In this document: in pieces, positions 53,569-64,000 of the stretch
How the letters are laid out: every line of letters begins with the position of its first letter
Numbering within the stretch: position 1 is the first letter of the stretch
Assembly: GCA_963707275.1 (NCBI GenBank)
Contig: CAVPPH010000010.1
Coordinates: forward strand, 44,764 to 108,763
Source: an uncultured Chloroflexia bacterium
GTDB taxonomy: Bacteria; Chloroflexota; Anaerolineae; JAAEKA01
DNA: 64,000 nucleotides
Direction: 5' to 3'
Program-made: the position numbers and the translations under genes
Notes under the pieces: generated by a model
Seen by the model: the letters and a program-made list of their open reading frames with translations, nothing else
The model's database searches: none
What the model was told of the DNA's origin: nothing

Positions 53569-54313
53569 TTACGTCAGCAATAACAGCAGCGCCGAGATCA
53601 CCAGGAAAATCAGGATTACCGCCTCGAACGTCCGCTGACTGACCCGTATGACGAACATCCGTCCCAGCCAGACGCCCACCGGCACCAGCGGCAGCAACCA
53701 GGCGACGTTGACGATGCGCGCCAGATCGAACAGGCCGGCCGTGTAATAAAAAGGGATCTTGATGTAGTTCAGAATCATGAAGAACAGCGCGGTGGTGCCG
53801 ATAAAGACCCGCGGCTGTAAGTTCTGCATCAGCAGGTAGATGGTGGCCGGGGGACCGCCGGTGTTGGCGATGGCCGATGAGAAGCCCGACACGCCGCCGC
53901 CGATCAGCCCGTGCCACGGCCGCGGCTGGTAGCGGAAGAAACGCATGATGCGCGGCTCCAGCGCCCGATAGAGGGCAAACAACAGGATGAGTATCGCGAG
54001 GAAGGTGCGCAGCACGTCGGGCGACACGTTGGTCAGGAAGAGCGTGCCGATGGCGACACCCACCAGCGCGCCGGGGATCAGCAGCAGCACCTGTCGCCGG
54101 TCCCAGCGCCGCCAGTGGAAGCCGACCGCAAACAGGTCGCCCACCATCAGGAAGGGCAGCATCAGCGGCACCAGCTCAGGCACCGGCATCGTCAACGCCA
54201 GCAGCGGCGTCGCCAGACGCGGCAAAGGAGGAGCCCAAGCCCCCTTTGCCAAGACCGATGATGAGCGCGGTGAGCGCAAAGATCAGGTAGAAGCCGGGAG
54301 ACGGGTTGGTCAT
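53569..54313 (-). CDS. TauE/SafE family sulfite exporter-like permease; frameshift near 54240
   Basis: N-terminus MTNPSPGFYLIFALTALIIGLGKGGLG in another frame (my translation), remainder in ORF 53569-54279. Confidence 0.65.
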
Positions 54314-54481
54314 GGGAAGGGGATGGTCAGAGGTCAGAGGTCAATGGTCAGCGGCGGTATGCCAGCGGACATTATACCTCCGGCGGGCGGATTCAGGGTA
54401 TTTGATGGCCAACGCGACAGCCAGATGGGGCCGAAGCGCGCCGGTGTTGCGCGTTGCGCAATATGATGTATAATCCAACTC

Positions 54482-54760
54482 ATGATCAAGTCGTTCGAGC
54501 ACAAGGGACTGAAGATGTTCTTTGAAACCGGCAACGTGTCGGGGATTGATCCCGCTCATCGACAAAAAATCCGGATTCGGCTGACAGCGCTGGACACTGC
54601 GACCAGCATCGAAGACATGGATTTGCCCGGTTTCCGCTTGCATCCCTTGAAGGGCGACAGACAAGGTGCGTGGGCGATTGATGTCAGCAAGAACTGGCGT
54701 ATCACGTTCGAGTTCTTTAACGGGAATGCCTACGTTGTGAATTATGAGGACTATCACTGA
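54482..54760 (+). CDS. higB: HigB-like toxin (RelE/ParE superfamily)
   Basis: MIKSFEHKGLKMFFETGN...WRITFEFFNGNAYVVNYEDYH typical HigB; 1-nt overlap with downstream antitoxin. Confidence 0.8.
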   Translation: MIKSFEHKGLKMFFETGNVSGIDPAHRQKIRIRLTALDTATSIEDMDLPGFRLHPLKGDRQGAWAIDVSKNWRITFEFFNGNAYVVNYEDYH

Positions 54761-55050
54761 TGAGCATGTATGATCCACCCCACCCAGGCGAATTCATTCG
54801 GGAAGTCTATCTCGAGCCGTTTGAAATCAGCTCGCGCACAGTGGCGGCCAAGCTGAAGGTATCCCCGTCCACGTTGACGCGCTTGCTCAACGGCACGAGC
54901 AGCGTCACACCGGAGATGGCCCTGCGCCTGTCCAAGACCCTGGGCCGCTCACCGGAAAGCTGGCTGGCAATGCAGAACAGTTACGACCTCTGGCAGATGC
55001 GGCAACACTTCGACATCGATCAGGTTGAGAAGCTTGAGTTCGCGTCCTGA
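54760..55050 (+). CDS. higA: HigA antitoxin (HTH_XRE)
   Basis: HPGEFIREVYLEP...SSRTVAAKLKVSPSTLTRLLNG HTH. Confidence 0.8.
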   Translation: MSMYDPPHPGEFIREVYLEPFEISSRTVAAKLKVSPSTLTRLLNGTSSVTPEMALRLSKTLGRSPESWLAMQNSYDLWQMRQHFDIDQVEKLEFAS

Positions 55051-55199
55051 CAGGTTTTGCCTGGCATGACAGACCACCGGAAGAAGAATATCACAGCGCT
55101 CGCTTGATCCGGACGTCGGTCAAGCGAGCAGCCAGAACGAAAACGGAGCCGGCGAGCCGGCTCCGTTTTCGTTCGAGTGAAAATGCTGAAGCAGTTGTC

Positions 55200-56324
55200 T
55201 CAATCCGGAAGCGTAAACCCCGGCAATCGCACAATCGCGCCACCCTGCAACGCCGACTGGTGGGCGCAAATGCCGACGCAGGTCCAGTTGGCGCTGGTGA
55301 CGGCGTTGGGCCAGGGCTCTCTCCCCGCCGTCAGCGCTGACACGAATTCGTTGACCAGATGGGGATGCGAACCGCCATGCCCGGCGCCCTGAATGAACGA
55401 CAGATGCGCGGCGTCCTGGATGGTGGAGGTGAACATCTGGATCTCCTCCGGCAGCCGGTGGGCGTAGTCAGGCACGCTGACTCGCTCGGGGATCTCCGGT
55501 TCCGGCTTCTTGGCCGTGTGGATGACGTGCTCTTCGTCCTCGATCAGCGCCCACTCGAAGCTCTTTTTGGAGCCGTAGACGTCGAAGGACTCGCGATACT
55601 GGCGAGCGGTATCGAAGAGGCACCGCCAGATGTGGGCGGCCACGTCGAAGTCCTTGATCTTGATGTGACAGGACTCGACGGCGAACGAACTGCCCGACTT
55701 CACTGCCAGCCGCTCGTTGATGGTCCCCGATCCGAAGCAGGAGACGTACTCGGCGTGCCCCTTCACCAGCCCCAGCACGGGAGAGACGACGTGGGTGGCG
55801 TAGTGCATCGGTACCATCCGCTCCCAGTACTCCGGCCAGCCTTCCATCTCCTGCGGATGCGACGCCTGCATGTACTGCAGCTTGCCCAGTTCGCCTGCCT
55901 CGTACAGTTCCTGGATGAACAGGAACTCGCGGCTGTAGACGACCGTCTCCGCCATCATGTAGGTCAGGCCGGTCTCCTTGACCAGGCGCACGATCTCCGC
56001 GCACTCCTCGATGGTGGTCGCCATGGGCACGGTGCACATGACGTGCTTGCCGGCCTTGAGCGCCGCAATCGACATCCAGGCGTGGTCACCGATGGGCGAG
56101 TTGATGTGGACGAAATCGACCTGCGGATCGGCCAGCACGTCGTCGTAGTTGGTGTAGCGGGTTTCGACGCCAAAGGCGTCGCCGATCTTGTTCAGCTTCT
56201 CGACGTTGCGCTGGCAGATGGCGTACATCGTGGCGTTGGGGTGCCGCTGGTAGATGGGAATGAACTCCGCGCCAAACCCCAGGCCGATGATGGCCACGTT
56301 GACGGGACGATCGATAGGTGTCAT
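55200..56324 (-). CDS. Gfo/Idh/MocA family oxidoreductase
   Basis: N-terminal Rossmann VAIIGLGFGAEFIP; EKP-like region. Confidence 0.8.
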   Translation of the reverse strand: MTPIDRPVNVAIIGLGFGAEFIPIYQRHPNATMYAICQRNVEKLNKIGDAFGVETRYTNYDDVLADPQVDFVHINSPIGDHAWMSIAALKAGKHVMCTVPMATTIEECAEIVRLVKETGLTYMMAETVVYSREFLFIQELYEAGELGKLQYMQASHPQEMEGWPEYWERMVPMHYATHVVSPVLGLVKGHAEYVSCFGSGTINERLAVKSGSSFAVESCHIKIKDFDVAAHIWRCLFDTARQYRESFDVYGSKKSFEWALIEDEEHVIHTAKKPEPEIPERVSVPDYAHRLPEEIQMFTSTIQDAAHLSFIQGAGHGGSHPHLVNEFVSALTAGREPWPNAVTSANWTCVGICAHQSALQGGAIVRLPGFTLPD

Positions 56325-56438
56325 GGGTGTGCTCCTTGGTTGGCTGGTTTATGGAAACGATTTTGCCGCGAATTGCACGAATTTCACGAAACTGATCCGG
56401 AGAAATTCGAACAATTCGGAAATTCGTGGCTGAATTGC

Positions 56439-57728
56439 TCACGCTATACGAGCGGTTGCCTCGCTCACATAGGGAATAGTCAACGGGCCGTCGGGCATGA
56501 CGCAAATTCTGGCGTATGGGCCGTAGCGTCCTTGCAGATCGGCCACCGTCGCGGCGATGTCGCGGCAGGGGATAAACAGCGCCCGCTCGATCTGTGCGTC
56601 GTTGAGGCCGTCGCTGTAGACGTAGACCTCGGCCCGCTGCTGGATCAGCGCCTGGGTCTGCACCTGCCACTGGTCATGCGCCTGAAAGCCGGGCTGTGCG
56701 ATCAGCTCAAGGATGCCTTGCGGCGAGCCGGCCTGCGCCAGCAATGCGGCGTATTGGCCGTGGTCCGGCAGGCCATCCTCGCAGGCTGCCGCGGCAATGA
56801 TCGCCCCGCCGTCGCGCACCACGCGCGCCGCCACGCTCATCCCCTTCACCGCCTGGTAGAGGTTCTGGTCCAGCGGATAGCCGCTGTTGGTGGTGATCAC
56901 CACGTCGTACGGTTCATCCACCGCCGCCATCGCGCTGGCGCGGACGAACTCGCAGCCGGCCGCGTGCGCCTGCAACATGTCGCCGGCAAAGACGCCGGTG
57001 ATCTGGCGCTCGCTGTTGAGTGTCACGTTGAGCAGAAACGTCGGCTGGGTGCTCAGCGCCACCTCGCGCATCTCTTCCCAGATCGGATTGCCTTCGAGAA
57101 TGCCCCAAGTGGATCGCGGGTCGCCGATCATCTGCACGCCGTGGTTGGTGAAGACGCTCTCTGCGCCGGCCAGCGAGGGCAGGATCGCCTTGGGACCGCC
57201 GCTGAAGCCGGCGAAGAAGTGCGGCTCGATGAAGCCGGTCAGTATCTTGACGTCGGCCGCCATATAGGCGCGGTTGATGCGCACCGGATGGCCGCGACTG
57301 GTCGCTGGCAGGGAAACCAGATTGTCGTCGTCGAAGCAATCGTGCTGCAGGCAGCGGTACGAATCGACGACCGCGTCGCCCAGCATGGCGCGCAGCTCAG
57401 CCTCGGTCTGCTTGCGATGCGTGCCCAGCCCGTTGAGCAGGGTGATGTCATCGCGCTGCACGCCTGCCCCTTCCAACTCAGCCAGCAGCGGCGGCAGGAT
57501 GCGGTCGTTGGGCGTCGCGCGCGTGATGTCGGTGTGCACGATCACCACCGTGTCGCCCGGCTTGACCAGACCAGCCAGCGGCGGCGCCGCGATGGGGTCG
57601 CGCAACGCGGCCAGCAGCGCCGCCTGCTCATCAGGCAGCCCGGCCACAAAGCGCGGCAGGATCACATCCGTCGTGTCGGGCAGATCAACATGGAGGCCGC
57701 TGCGGCCATAGGCCAGTTTCACACGCAT
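56439..57728 (-). CDS. LarA-family (nickel-pincer nucleotide-dependent racemase/epimerase-like; DUF2088) protein
   Basis: 429-aa; VVIVHTDITRATPN N-terminal motif and overall LarA-like pattern. Confidence 0.6.
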   Translation of the reverse strand: MRVKLAYGRSGLHVDLPDTTDVILPRFVAGLPDEQAALLAALRDPIAAPPLAGLVKPGDTVVIVHTDITRATPNDRILPPLLAELEGAGVQRDDITLLNGLGTHRKQTEAELRAMLGDAVVDSYRCLQHDCFDDDNLVSLPATSRGHPVRINRAYMAADVKILTGFIEPHFFAGFSGGPKAILPSLAGAESVFTNHGVQMIGDPRSTWGILEGNPIWEEMREVALSTQPTFLLNVTLNSERQITGVFAGDMLQAHAAGCEFVRASAMAAVDEPYDVVITTNSGYPLDQNLYQAVKGMSVAARVVRDGGAIIAAAACEDGLPDHGQYAALLAQAGSPQGILELIAQPGFQAHDQWQVQTQALIQQRAEVYVYSDGLNDAQIERALFIPCRDIAATVADLQGRYGPYARICVMPDGPLTIPYVSEATARIA

Positions 57729-57731
57729 AAC

Positions 57732-58794
57732 TCACACCATCCAAACGGTTTGTCCCGTCTCGAACGACCGGATCGTGTCCCAGATCATGCGAAACGAGTT
57801 GAGGTTGTCCTGCACAGCGGTCGCCGGACGTTCGCCGCTGCGAACCGCGTGAACAAACTGGTGCAGCAGCAGCGCCTGGCGTTCGCGCGCCATCTTGATC
57901 AGCGGCACGCTCCCAGGCTTTTCGTTCAGGTACTGCGGATAGCCCTGCGGGTCACCGGTTGTGGCAGTGCGCCGCTGCACCGTCACCCGGTCGTCGCGCA
58001 GCAGCAGCACGCCATGCTCGCAGTCGAAGCGCCAGTCGGCGTTCCACGGCGTCTCACGGCCGGTCGCGCACCATGAGCCGGTGTAACTGACCTGCACGCC
58101 GCTGGCGAAGCTGAGCAGCACGCTGGCCGACGAGTCGCCCTTCCACCAGTCCCACGGGGTGCGCCAGGCAGCGACCGTAGATCGACTGCGGTTCACTGCC
58201 CAGGAAGAAGCGCATCATGTCGAAATGGTGGATCGACATATCGACCGTCAGTGGATAGGCCAGCGTGTCGTGGAAGCCGCTGCGGATCAGGCTCTTGAAG
58301 AACTCGACCGTCACCGCGCCCACCGCGCCCAGTTCGCCGGAGGCCAGGATCTGGCGGACGGTCTGCGCCTGGCGCGAGTAGCGGTAGTCCTGCGAAACCA
58401 TGTGCAACACGCCGGTGCGTTCAGCCGCGGCCAGGATCGCCTCACCGGCCTCGATGCTGTCCGCCAGCGGTTTCTCCGACAGGACCGGCACGCCTGCCTC
58501 CAGCGCTGATACCGCCATCTCGCGGTGTGTGGCTGGCGGCGTGACAATCAGCACGCCATCCGGCTGCACGAGGCGTAGCGCATCCACATAGGAAGCGAAA
58601 TGCAGCTTGCTATCCAGGCCATGTTGCTCGAAACGCTCGCGTGCCAGGTCCGGGTTGACCTCGACCGCGGCCACCAGTTCCACCTCGTCAGAGGCGGCGA
58701 TGACGCGCAGCCAGTGGTTGCCCATGCTGCCAAGGCCGGCCAGCAGCAGGCGAAACCGCGGTTGCGCTGGCTCGTGTTGTCTCTTTCTTGCCAT
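57732..58794 (-). CDS. Gfo/Idh/MocA family oxidoreductase; frameshift near 58160
   Basis: N-terminal ORF 58054-58794 (LLAGLGSMGNHW, EKPLA) and C-terminal ORF 57732-58196 collinear in different frames. Confidence 0.65.
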
Positions 58795-58842
58795 CGGATC
58801 ACCTATGACTCATAGCGGGGTTGATGGAATCCGTGAGTCGGC

Positions 58843-59118
58843 GTGTCATAACCGCGGAGTCGGCATCCTCAGATGCCGGGTTCGGGCGCTCACACCGTTC
58901 GCATCGCAGGATGCGAACTCCGCGAAGTGGGCGATCGTTTGATTCGCGGAGTCGGCATCCTTGGATGCCGGGTTCGGGCGTTCACGCCGTTCGCATCGTA
59001 GGATGCGAACTCCGCGGAGTGGGCGATCGTTTGATTCGCGGAGTCGGCATCCTCAGATGCCGGGTTCGGACGCTCACACCGTTCGCATCGGAGGATGCGA
59101 ACTCCGCTGTGGTCCTCA
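58843..59118. repeat. Three tandem copies of a 92-bp structured repeat (internal hairpins CGGCATCC-TCAG-GGATGCCG and GTTCGCATC-GCAG-GATGCGAAC; closing helix CGCGGAGT/ACTCCGCG)
   Basis: Units begin at 58843, 58935, 59027; >90% identical. Confidence 0.85.
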
Positions 59119-60043
59119 GAAGACGCGGTCGATGAACTCGCGATTGTGGACCTCGACCGGGACCTTCTGCAATTCCAGCACGCCTTTGGCAACGTGCTCC
59201 GACAGGCGGCGGAAGGCTTCCTCGCCCTTCTCGCGCGTCGCGCGCATGGGATTGCCGATGGTGCCGCTTTCGATGAACTCGTGGTGGTCCATGGGGAAGG
59301 TGAAGTACTTGTAACCCTGGAACTCCACGTCGGGCATGCCGTCTTTCTTGGCAAAGCTGCGCGGCAGGAAATCAGGGATATGCGCGCGGGTGAAGTCGGC
59401 GCGATCCATGCGCACGTACTTCTCGTTCCAGGCCATGTCCTGCGAGGTCTCCAGCTCGCTGGAATGCCAGCCGGGCGTCTCGTCCAGGGGGTTCTCCATC
59501 AGCCCGGCCAGGATGCCGACGTAGTTCTCCATGTACGGCTTGACGAAGCTGATCAGCGCGCCGGTCTCGTAGCGCAGCTTGCGCAGTACCGGATCGACGA
59601 CCTTGACGTTGCTGCCGTGGCCGTTGACGAAGATGATGCGGTTGAAGCCGTGGTGGATCAGGCTGCGGCCCACATCGTGCAGCAGGTTGAGCAGCGTCGT
59701 GCTGCGGATGGTGATGGTGCCGCGCCCCGACCCCGGCTCGTGCATGTGCTGCGGCGAGTAGCCGGTCCAGATCGGCGGCGCGTGCAGGACACCGATCATC
59801 TCCGCCACCCGCTTGCTGATCTCCACCGCGGTGATGGTGTCGGTGTAGAGCGGCAGGTGCGGCCCGTGCTGCTCGAAGCTGGCCATCGGCACCAGGATCG
59901 TGTCCTTGACCTTCAGATACTCCTGGACATCGACGTAGCTGAGGTTGCCCAGGTCCCAGGAAAGGAACTTGCTGCGAAACTCCTCGTCACCTGCTGGTCA
60001 GGTGCGGGAGGTCTTTGTAATCTCGGCCGTTGTCGGCGATCAT
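59116..60043 (-). CDS. Creatininase-family amidohydrolase; frameshift near 59985
   Basis: EQHGPHLPL, FVNGHGSN motifs; N-terminal 30 aa (MIADNGRDYKDLPHLT..EEFRSKFLSWDLGNLSYVDVQEYLKVKDTILVP) recovered in adjacent frame by own translation. Confidence 0.65.
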
Positions 60044-60088
60044 CGATTCTACTCCTCGTAAATGTATGTCTGATCGACTTGTGCTGTC

Positions 60089-60514
60089 CTATTCCAGAAG
60101 ATGCACCCACGGTAGTGAAGACTGTACTGCCCTGACGAGACGGCCATCTGCTGTCCAGAAGTCAGCGCCAAGTTGTTCGGCGAGAGCCAGATAATGTGCA
60201 TCGTAGGTGGCTTTGAGACCATGCTTGCTGGCAAGCCTCAAGGCGCTGCGATGCAGTTCTTGCCCATCATGTAGTTGAACAGGCAGCGCCAACACGACAT
60301 TCAACGCCTTCAGGACGCCATCCTGGTCCATCTGGCCGACTCTCGTGTATTGATGCAGCGCGTTGGTCACCTCGTAGTACAACACAGTGGGCGCGACCAG
60401 CTGGCGACGCTGGTCAAGCCACGTTTCCATGATCGATTTGGGCGTCCTGTCGTCAAGCGATGTCACCAATCGAACGAGGAAACTGGCGTCAACGCAAACC
60501 AAACTGTTCGGCAT
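60089..60514 (-). CDS. vapC: PIN-domain toxin
   Basis: LVCVDASFLV (first catalytic Asp), TADGRL C-terminal motif. Confidence 0.7.
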   Translation of the reverse strand: MPNSLVCVDASFLVRLVTSLDDRTPKSIMETWLDQRRQLVAPTVLYYEVTNALHQYTRVGQMDQDGVLKALNVVLALPVQLHDGQELHRSALRLASKHGLKATYDAHYLALAEQLGADFWTADGRLVRAVQSSLPWVHLLE

Positions 60515-60794
60515 CGTGTTCTTCCCTTCCCATGCGTACAATCTCATCAGCCGGTATCAGCGTTTGATCTCCCAAAGCAGCGCGGATGTGATCTTGTGCA
60601 TCCTTTAGCAGGTCTCTCCAATCCGGCTCATATTCTTGTGTACGCATTCGATCGTACTGTTCAACCGGCATGATTACCACAACAGGTTTGCCAGAACGTT
60701 CAACCAGCACCGCTTCGTCGTTTTGAACGATACGTTGCAGCAGCTCGCCGAAATGAACACGAGCATCGGTGGCCGTAACGGTATTGAGTGTCAT
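60489..60794 (-). CDS. Phd/YefM-type antitoxin
   Basis: MTLNTVTATDARVHFGELLQRIVQNDEAVLVERSGKPVVVIMPVEQY. Confidence 0.7.
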   Translation of the reverse strand: MTLNTVTATDARVHFGELLQRIVQNDEAVLVERSGKPVVVIMPVEQYDRMRTQEYEPDWRDLLKDAQDHIRAALGDQTLIPADEIVRMGREEHDAEQFGLR

Positions 60795-60814
60795 TGAAAT
60801 GCCTCCTGAACATA

Positions 60815-60848
60815 CAATAATGATCAATTGATCGATCAATCAATATTG
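60815..60848. promoter_or_regulatory. Palindromic operator-like sequence upstream of antitoxin-toxin operon
   Basis: CAATAATGATCAATTGATCGATCAATCAATATTG with core ATTGATCGATCAAT. Confidence 0.55.
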
Positions 60849-60914
60849 TACACGATTGGCCAAAATATGCCAACGCCGAACACGGCAGCGCCTTCGAAAG
60901 TCACGCTTCACGCT

Positions 60915-62143
60915 TCACGTTTCACGCATCATTTCGATAAACAACTCCGCCACCTCGACCCCAAACGCCGGATCGTTGACGTGACGCGGATAGGTCAGCA
61001 CCGGGATGTCGGCGCGGATCTCGCTGCGCAGGGTGTCGAGGAAGGCGCGGTCGGCCTCTGGGTCCCAGAAGACGCCGCCCGGCACGTTGGGGATCGACAG
61101 GCCCTCAGTCGGCACGGCGATCACGACCGGCCCCTGCGCCAGGTTGAGCCGTTCGGCAAAGAGATGGCCCAGCGCGACCATCTCGTCGTGCGTCGCGCGC
61201 ACCAGCGTGTACTCCGGGTTGTGGTCGTAGACGGGGCGGCCCTTGAGCGCGTCGGGGATCGCACCGGCGTGGAAGACGCTGAAGTCGATGCAGCCCGGCA
61301 CGACCACCTGCGGCAGGCCCAGCAGGCCGACCCGCTTCAGCCGGTCCGGCCCGCCGTCGTGGATGCCGCCGGTCATCGGGTCGTAGGTCTCGTTGGTGGT
61401 GAAGTCGATGACGCCGACGAACTGGCCCGCTTCGGCCAGCTCCTCCATGGCCGGCCCGCCGACGCCGTTGGAGTGGAAGATCACCGCCTCGTAGCCGGCC
61501 TCAGCCAGCCGATCCTTGAGCGCCATCACGGCCCTGGTCGTGTTGCCCAGCATGGTCACCGCCACGTAGCGGTCGCCCGGCTGCGGCGGCGGCAGGACGT
61601 GGCCATGCTCCACCAGCCCGGCCAGCGCGGCCGCCACGTTGTCGTAGACCGTGGTCGCGATGGGGTTCAGGCCCAGGATGTCCACGATCGAGTGGACGAC
61701 CATGATGTCGCTGGTGCCGACCAGCGGATCGAAGTAGTGCTTGCCCGACGCGATGGGCGACACCAGCACCTTGGGCACGCCGACCGGCAGCACCATCATC
61801 GCCGCCGCGCCCATCACCGCGCCCTCGGCGCCGCCCATGCTGACGATCGCGTCCAGCCGGCCTGCGGCATAGAGCTGGCGCACCAGCACTGTGAGCGCCT
61901 CGCGCATCCCGTGCACCGCCTTGCCGCGGCTGCCGGCGTTGCGCAGCGCGTCGATGGTCGTGCCGCCAGTACAGCGGCCGCTTCCGCCCGGCTGATGTCC
62001 GGCGTGATGCCCAGCGGCTCGCCCAGGATGCCCGAATCGACCACGGTGGTGGTCAGTCCCAGCGCCTGCAACCGGTCGCGCAGATAGGCGATCTCCGGCC
62101 CCTTGGTGTCCAGGGTGCCGATGACGACGACGTTTTTTCCCAT
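60915..62143 (-). CDS. UPF0261 (Tm-1-like) family protein; frameshift near 61950
   Basis: N-terminus MGKNVVVIGTLDTKGPE in ORF 61814-62143; remainder in ORF 60915-61916. Confidence 0.6.
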
Positions 62144-62238
62144 GAGTGGGGCCTGGGGGGTGGGGCCTGGGGTCTGGGGGCTGGAGCCCGAAAATTGGAT
62201 GGCTCTCCAGTCCCTACGTCCCTAGACCCCAGTACCCA

Positions 62239-63125
62239 CTAGATCAACGGCAGCAGCACCGCGGCGCAGCGACCTACCAGATAGTCGTAGAACGTCTCGC
62301 TGAGCAGGCTGGAGCCGTGGTCCTCGATGAACTTGAGCTGTTCGGCGCTGATGTTGACCGGGTGCTGCTCGATGGCATCCGGGAACGGGTTGGCCGGCGT
62401 GCGGTCGATCGGAGCGACGAACTCGACGGTCAGCGCGCCGTCGTAGCCGATGTCCTTGAGCGTGCGCACGATGGCCGTCCAGTTGAGCGCGCCCATGCCG
62501 CAGGCCAGGCGGTTGTTGTCGGCGACGTGGAAGTCGACCAGCCGGCTGCCGGCCCGGCGGATCGACGCCAGCATGTCGGCCTCTTCGATGTTGAGGTGGA
62601 AGGTGTCGAGGCAGACGCCGCAGTCGGGGCCGACCGCCTCGGCCAGCGCCAGCGCCTGGTCGGCCCGGCTGACGAAGTAGGTCTCGAAGCGGTTGAGCGG
62701 CTCCAGCGCCAGGCGCACGCCAGCCTTCTGGCCATGGTCGTAGACTTCCTTCAGCCCTTCCACTGCCCAGTCCCACTCCTTCTCCGGCGTCGAGTCGGGG
62801 TTGACCTTGCCGACGGTGCCGGGCACGATGGTCATCTCCTGGCCGTCCAGTTCCTTGACCATGGTGATGCAGTCCTTGACGTACTTGACCGTGCGGGCGC
62901 GGGTCGCTTCGTCCGCCGAGGGGAAGCAGAGGCCGGGGAACATCAAGCGTCACCGAGCCCCAGCAGCTCAGACCGTATGTCCTTGAGCAGCCGGCGCACT
63001 TCCTTGGTGTCGTACTTCTCCGGCTCGCCGCTGATCTCGATGCTCTTGTAGCCGTACTTGGCCAGCCGCGCGATGGTGACCTCGATTGGCTCGGCGCGCA
63101 TCCAGTTGTGCATGGAAAGATGCAT
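62239..63125 (-). CDS. Sugar phosphate isomerase/epimerase (xylose isomerase-like TIM barrel); frameshift at ~62945
   Basis: N-terminal ORF 62943-63335 (from MHLSMHNWM) and C-terminal ORF 62239-62946 adjacent in different frames. Confidence 0.55.
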
Positions 63126-63184
63126 GGTGTGTTGTCTCCTGTGGTTTGGTTGATTGGTAAATTGGTGAATTCGTAAACGGTTGA

Positions 63185-64000
63185 TCAGGCCAGATGTTCG
63201 GCCAGCAGTTCGTACAGACCGCGAATGGTCAGGCCGAAACGCGGCGCCTTGGACGACAGCAGCATTCAGCGTGCCGGCGTCTTCGCAGATCAGCACCTGC
63301 GCGCCGACCTGCGCGGGCGTCGCCCAGGCGAGCATAGGTCAGGTGCTCGGCGATCATCGGGTTGGCGAAACGCAGCGAGGTGCTGCCGGCGGGATGGGAG
63401 CGCTCGCGCCGCCAGAAAAGCTCCAGCAGCCGGCGCGGGCATCACGGCTGCCAGCAACTGGCGCGGCGCGGCGTCACGGCCCGTCGACGCGCACCGTGTG
63501 CGCCGGATCGACGTAGGCGTAGGGCGGGCCGCCGCTGCGCGACGCAGGGTCAGTGTCGCCGCGTCCAGCGCGCTCGGCCAGCAGCGTCGTCACTTCCTTG
63601 ACCTCGACGTCGGCCGGGACAGTCGATGCCCAGCCGCTCGTCGTAGAGCTGGCGGAAGGCGTAGGCGTCGCCGGGATTGAGCGTCAGCAGCGTGCTGGCC
63701 TGGCTGGCGTGCAGGTCGGCCAGGTTGGCCTCGGCCAGCCTGCGCGCCGTCTCCGGGAAGCCCAGCGAGCTGGGCAGGTAGCCACTGTTGCGTCCCGCGC
63801 CGATCAGCACCGGGTCGATGCCGACCGCGCGCGAGCAGCGTCAGCGCGGCCGTGCAACGCCGTCCGGCCACAGAGTAGCGCGCCTCGTCGCCGACAAACA
63901 GCGCGTACTCGCCAGTGCCGGCCACCGCGTCCGGCTCCTGCTCCACGTAGGGATTGCCCCAGCGGCTAACTGCCTCATTGAGCGCGATAGAGGCTGACCG
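63185..64000 (-). pseudogene. Partial, multiply frameshifted gene, weakly PdxA-family-like (GTGEYAL vs GHTEYLA; LNPGDAY vs LNPHAGE); truncated by window end
   Basis: Own translation of minus strand; plausible C-terminus ...FGLTIRGLYELLAEHLA*. Confidence 0.25.

Noticed and set aside
55359-58076. 905-aa plus-strand ORF spanning three minus-strand genes
   Set aside because: Low-complexity product. It overlaps Gfo/Idh/MocA and LarA-like genes that have clear motifs on the other strand.
58843-59118. Considered CRISPR array
   Set aside because: Repeats are contiguous 92-bp units with no unique spacers. Unit length and absence of cas genes do not fit CRISPR.
59095-60135. 346-aa plus ORF and 62146-63051 plus ORF
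   Set aside because: Antisense to creatininase-family and isomerase genes. Low-complexity composition.

Overview
High-GC (~65-70%) bacterial chromosomal fragment. My inference is that it is Chloroflexota-like, based on a heliorhodopsin, lipoprotein family-5 SBPs with TVVQ repeats, and XRE-HTH/NB-ARC/TPR STAND regulators; no search was run. The first ~21 kb is an accessory region built from a repeated module: a large minus-strand HTH_XRE-NB-ARC-TPR regulator, a divergent intergenic block carrying a conserved direct-repeat motif (TATCGGTTTTG(G)TATCG), small secreted proteins (an 'AAPP(E/Q)P' family and four single-domain cadherin-like paralogs plus one remnant), orphan family-5 oligopeptide SBPs, and a secreted protein with near-identical 237-bp tandem repeats. 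One regulator (16180-18789) is intact. Two tandem copies (3190-8504) and one SBP (1281-3183) are riddled with frameshifts. The remaining 43 kb is mostly housekeeping: Crp/Fnr, two ferredoxins, fumC, proB/proA flanking a heliorhodopsin, thpR, ubiD, mvk, a MutS-like membrane ATPase, GH13 and NUDIX. It also holds a ~1-kb low-GC element bounded by 24-bp inverted repeats that encodes a tandem GxxExxY (PD-(D/E)xK-like) protein, a degraded S8 peptidase-PT linker-BNR propeller ORF fused to a third SBP remnant, and higBA and vapBC-like TA pairs. A putative sugar-acid cluster (LarA-like, two Gfo/Idh/MocA, creatininase-family, UPF0261, a sugar-phosphate isomerase, a PdxA-like fragment) contains a 3 x 92-bp structured tandem repeat. 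Single-base frameshifts occur in several otherwise conserved genes (proB, tauE, creatininase, UPF0261, isomerase, the MutS-like gene). They may be real decay or indel errors of the assembly; I cannot distinguish these from sequence alone. No rRNA, tRNA or CRISPR array was recognised.
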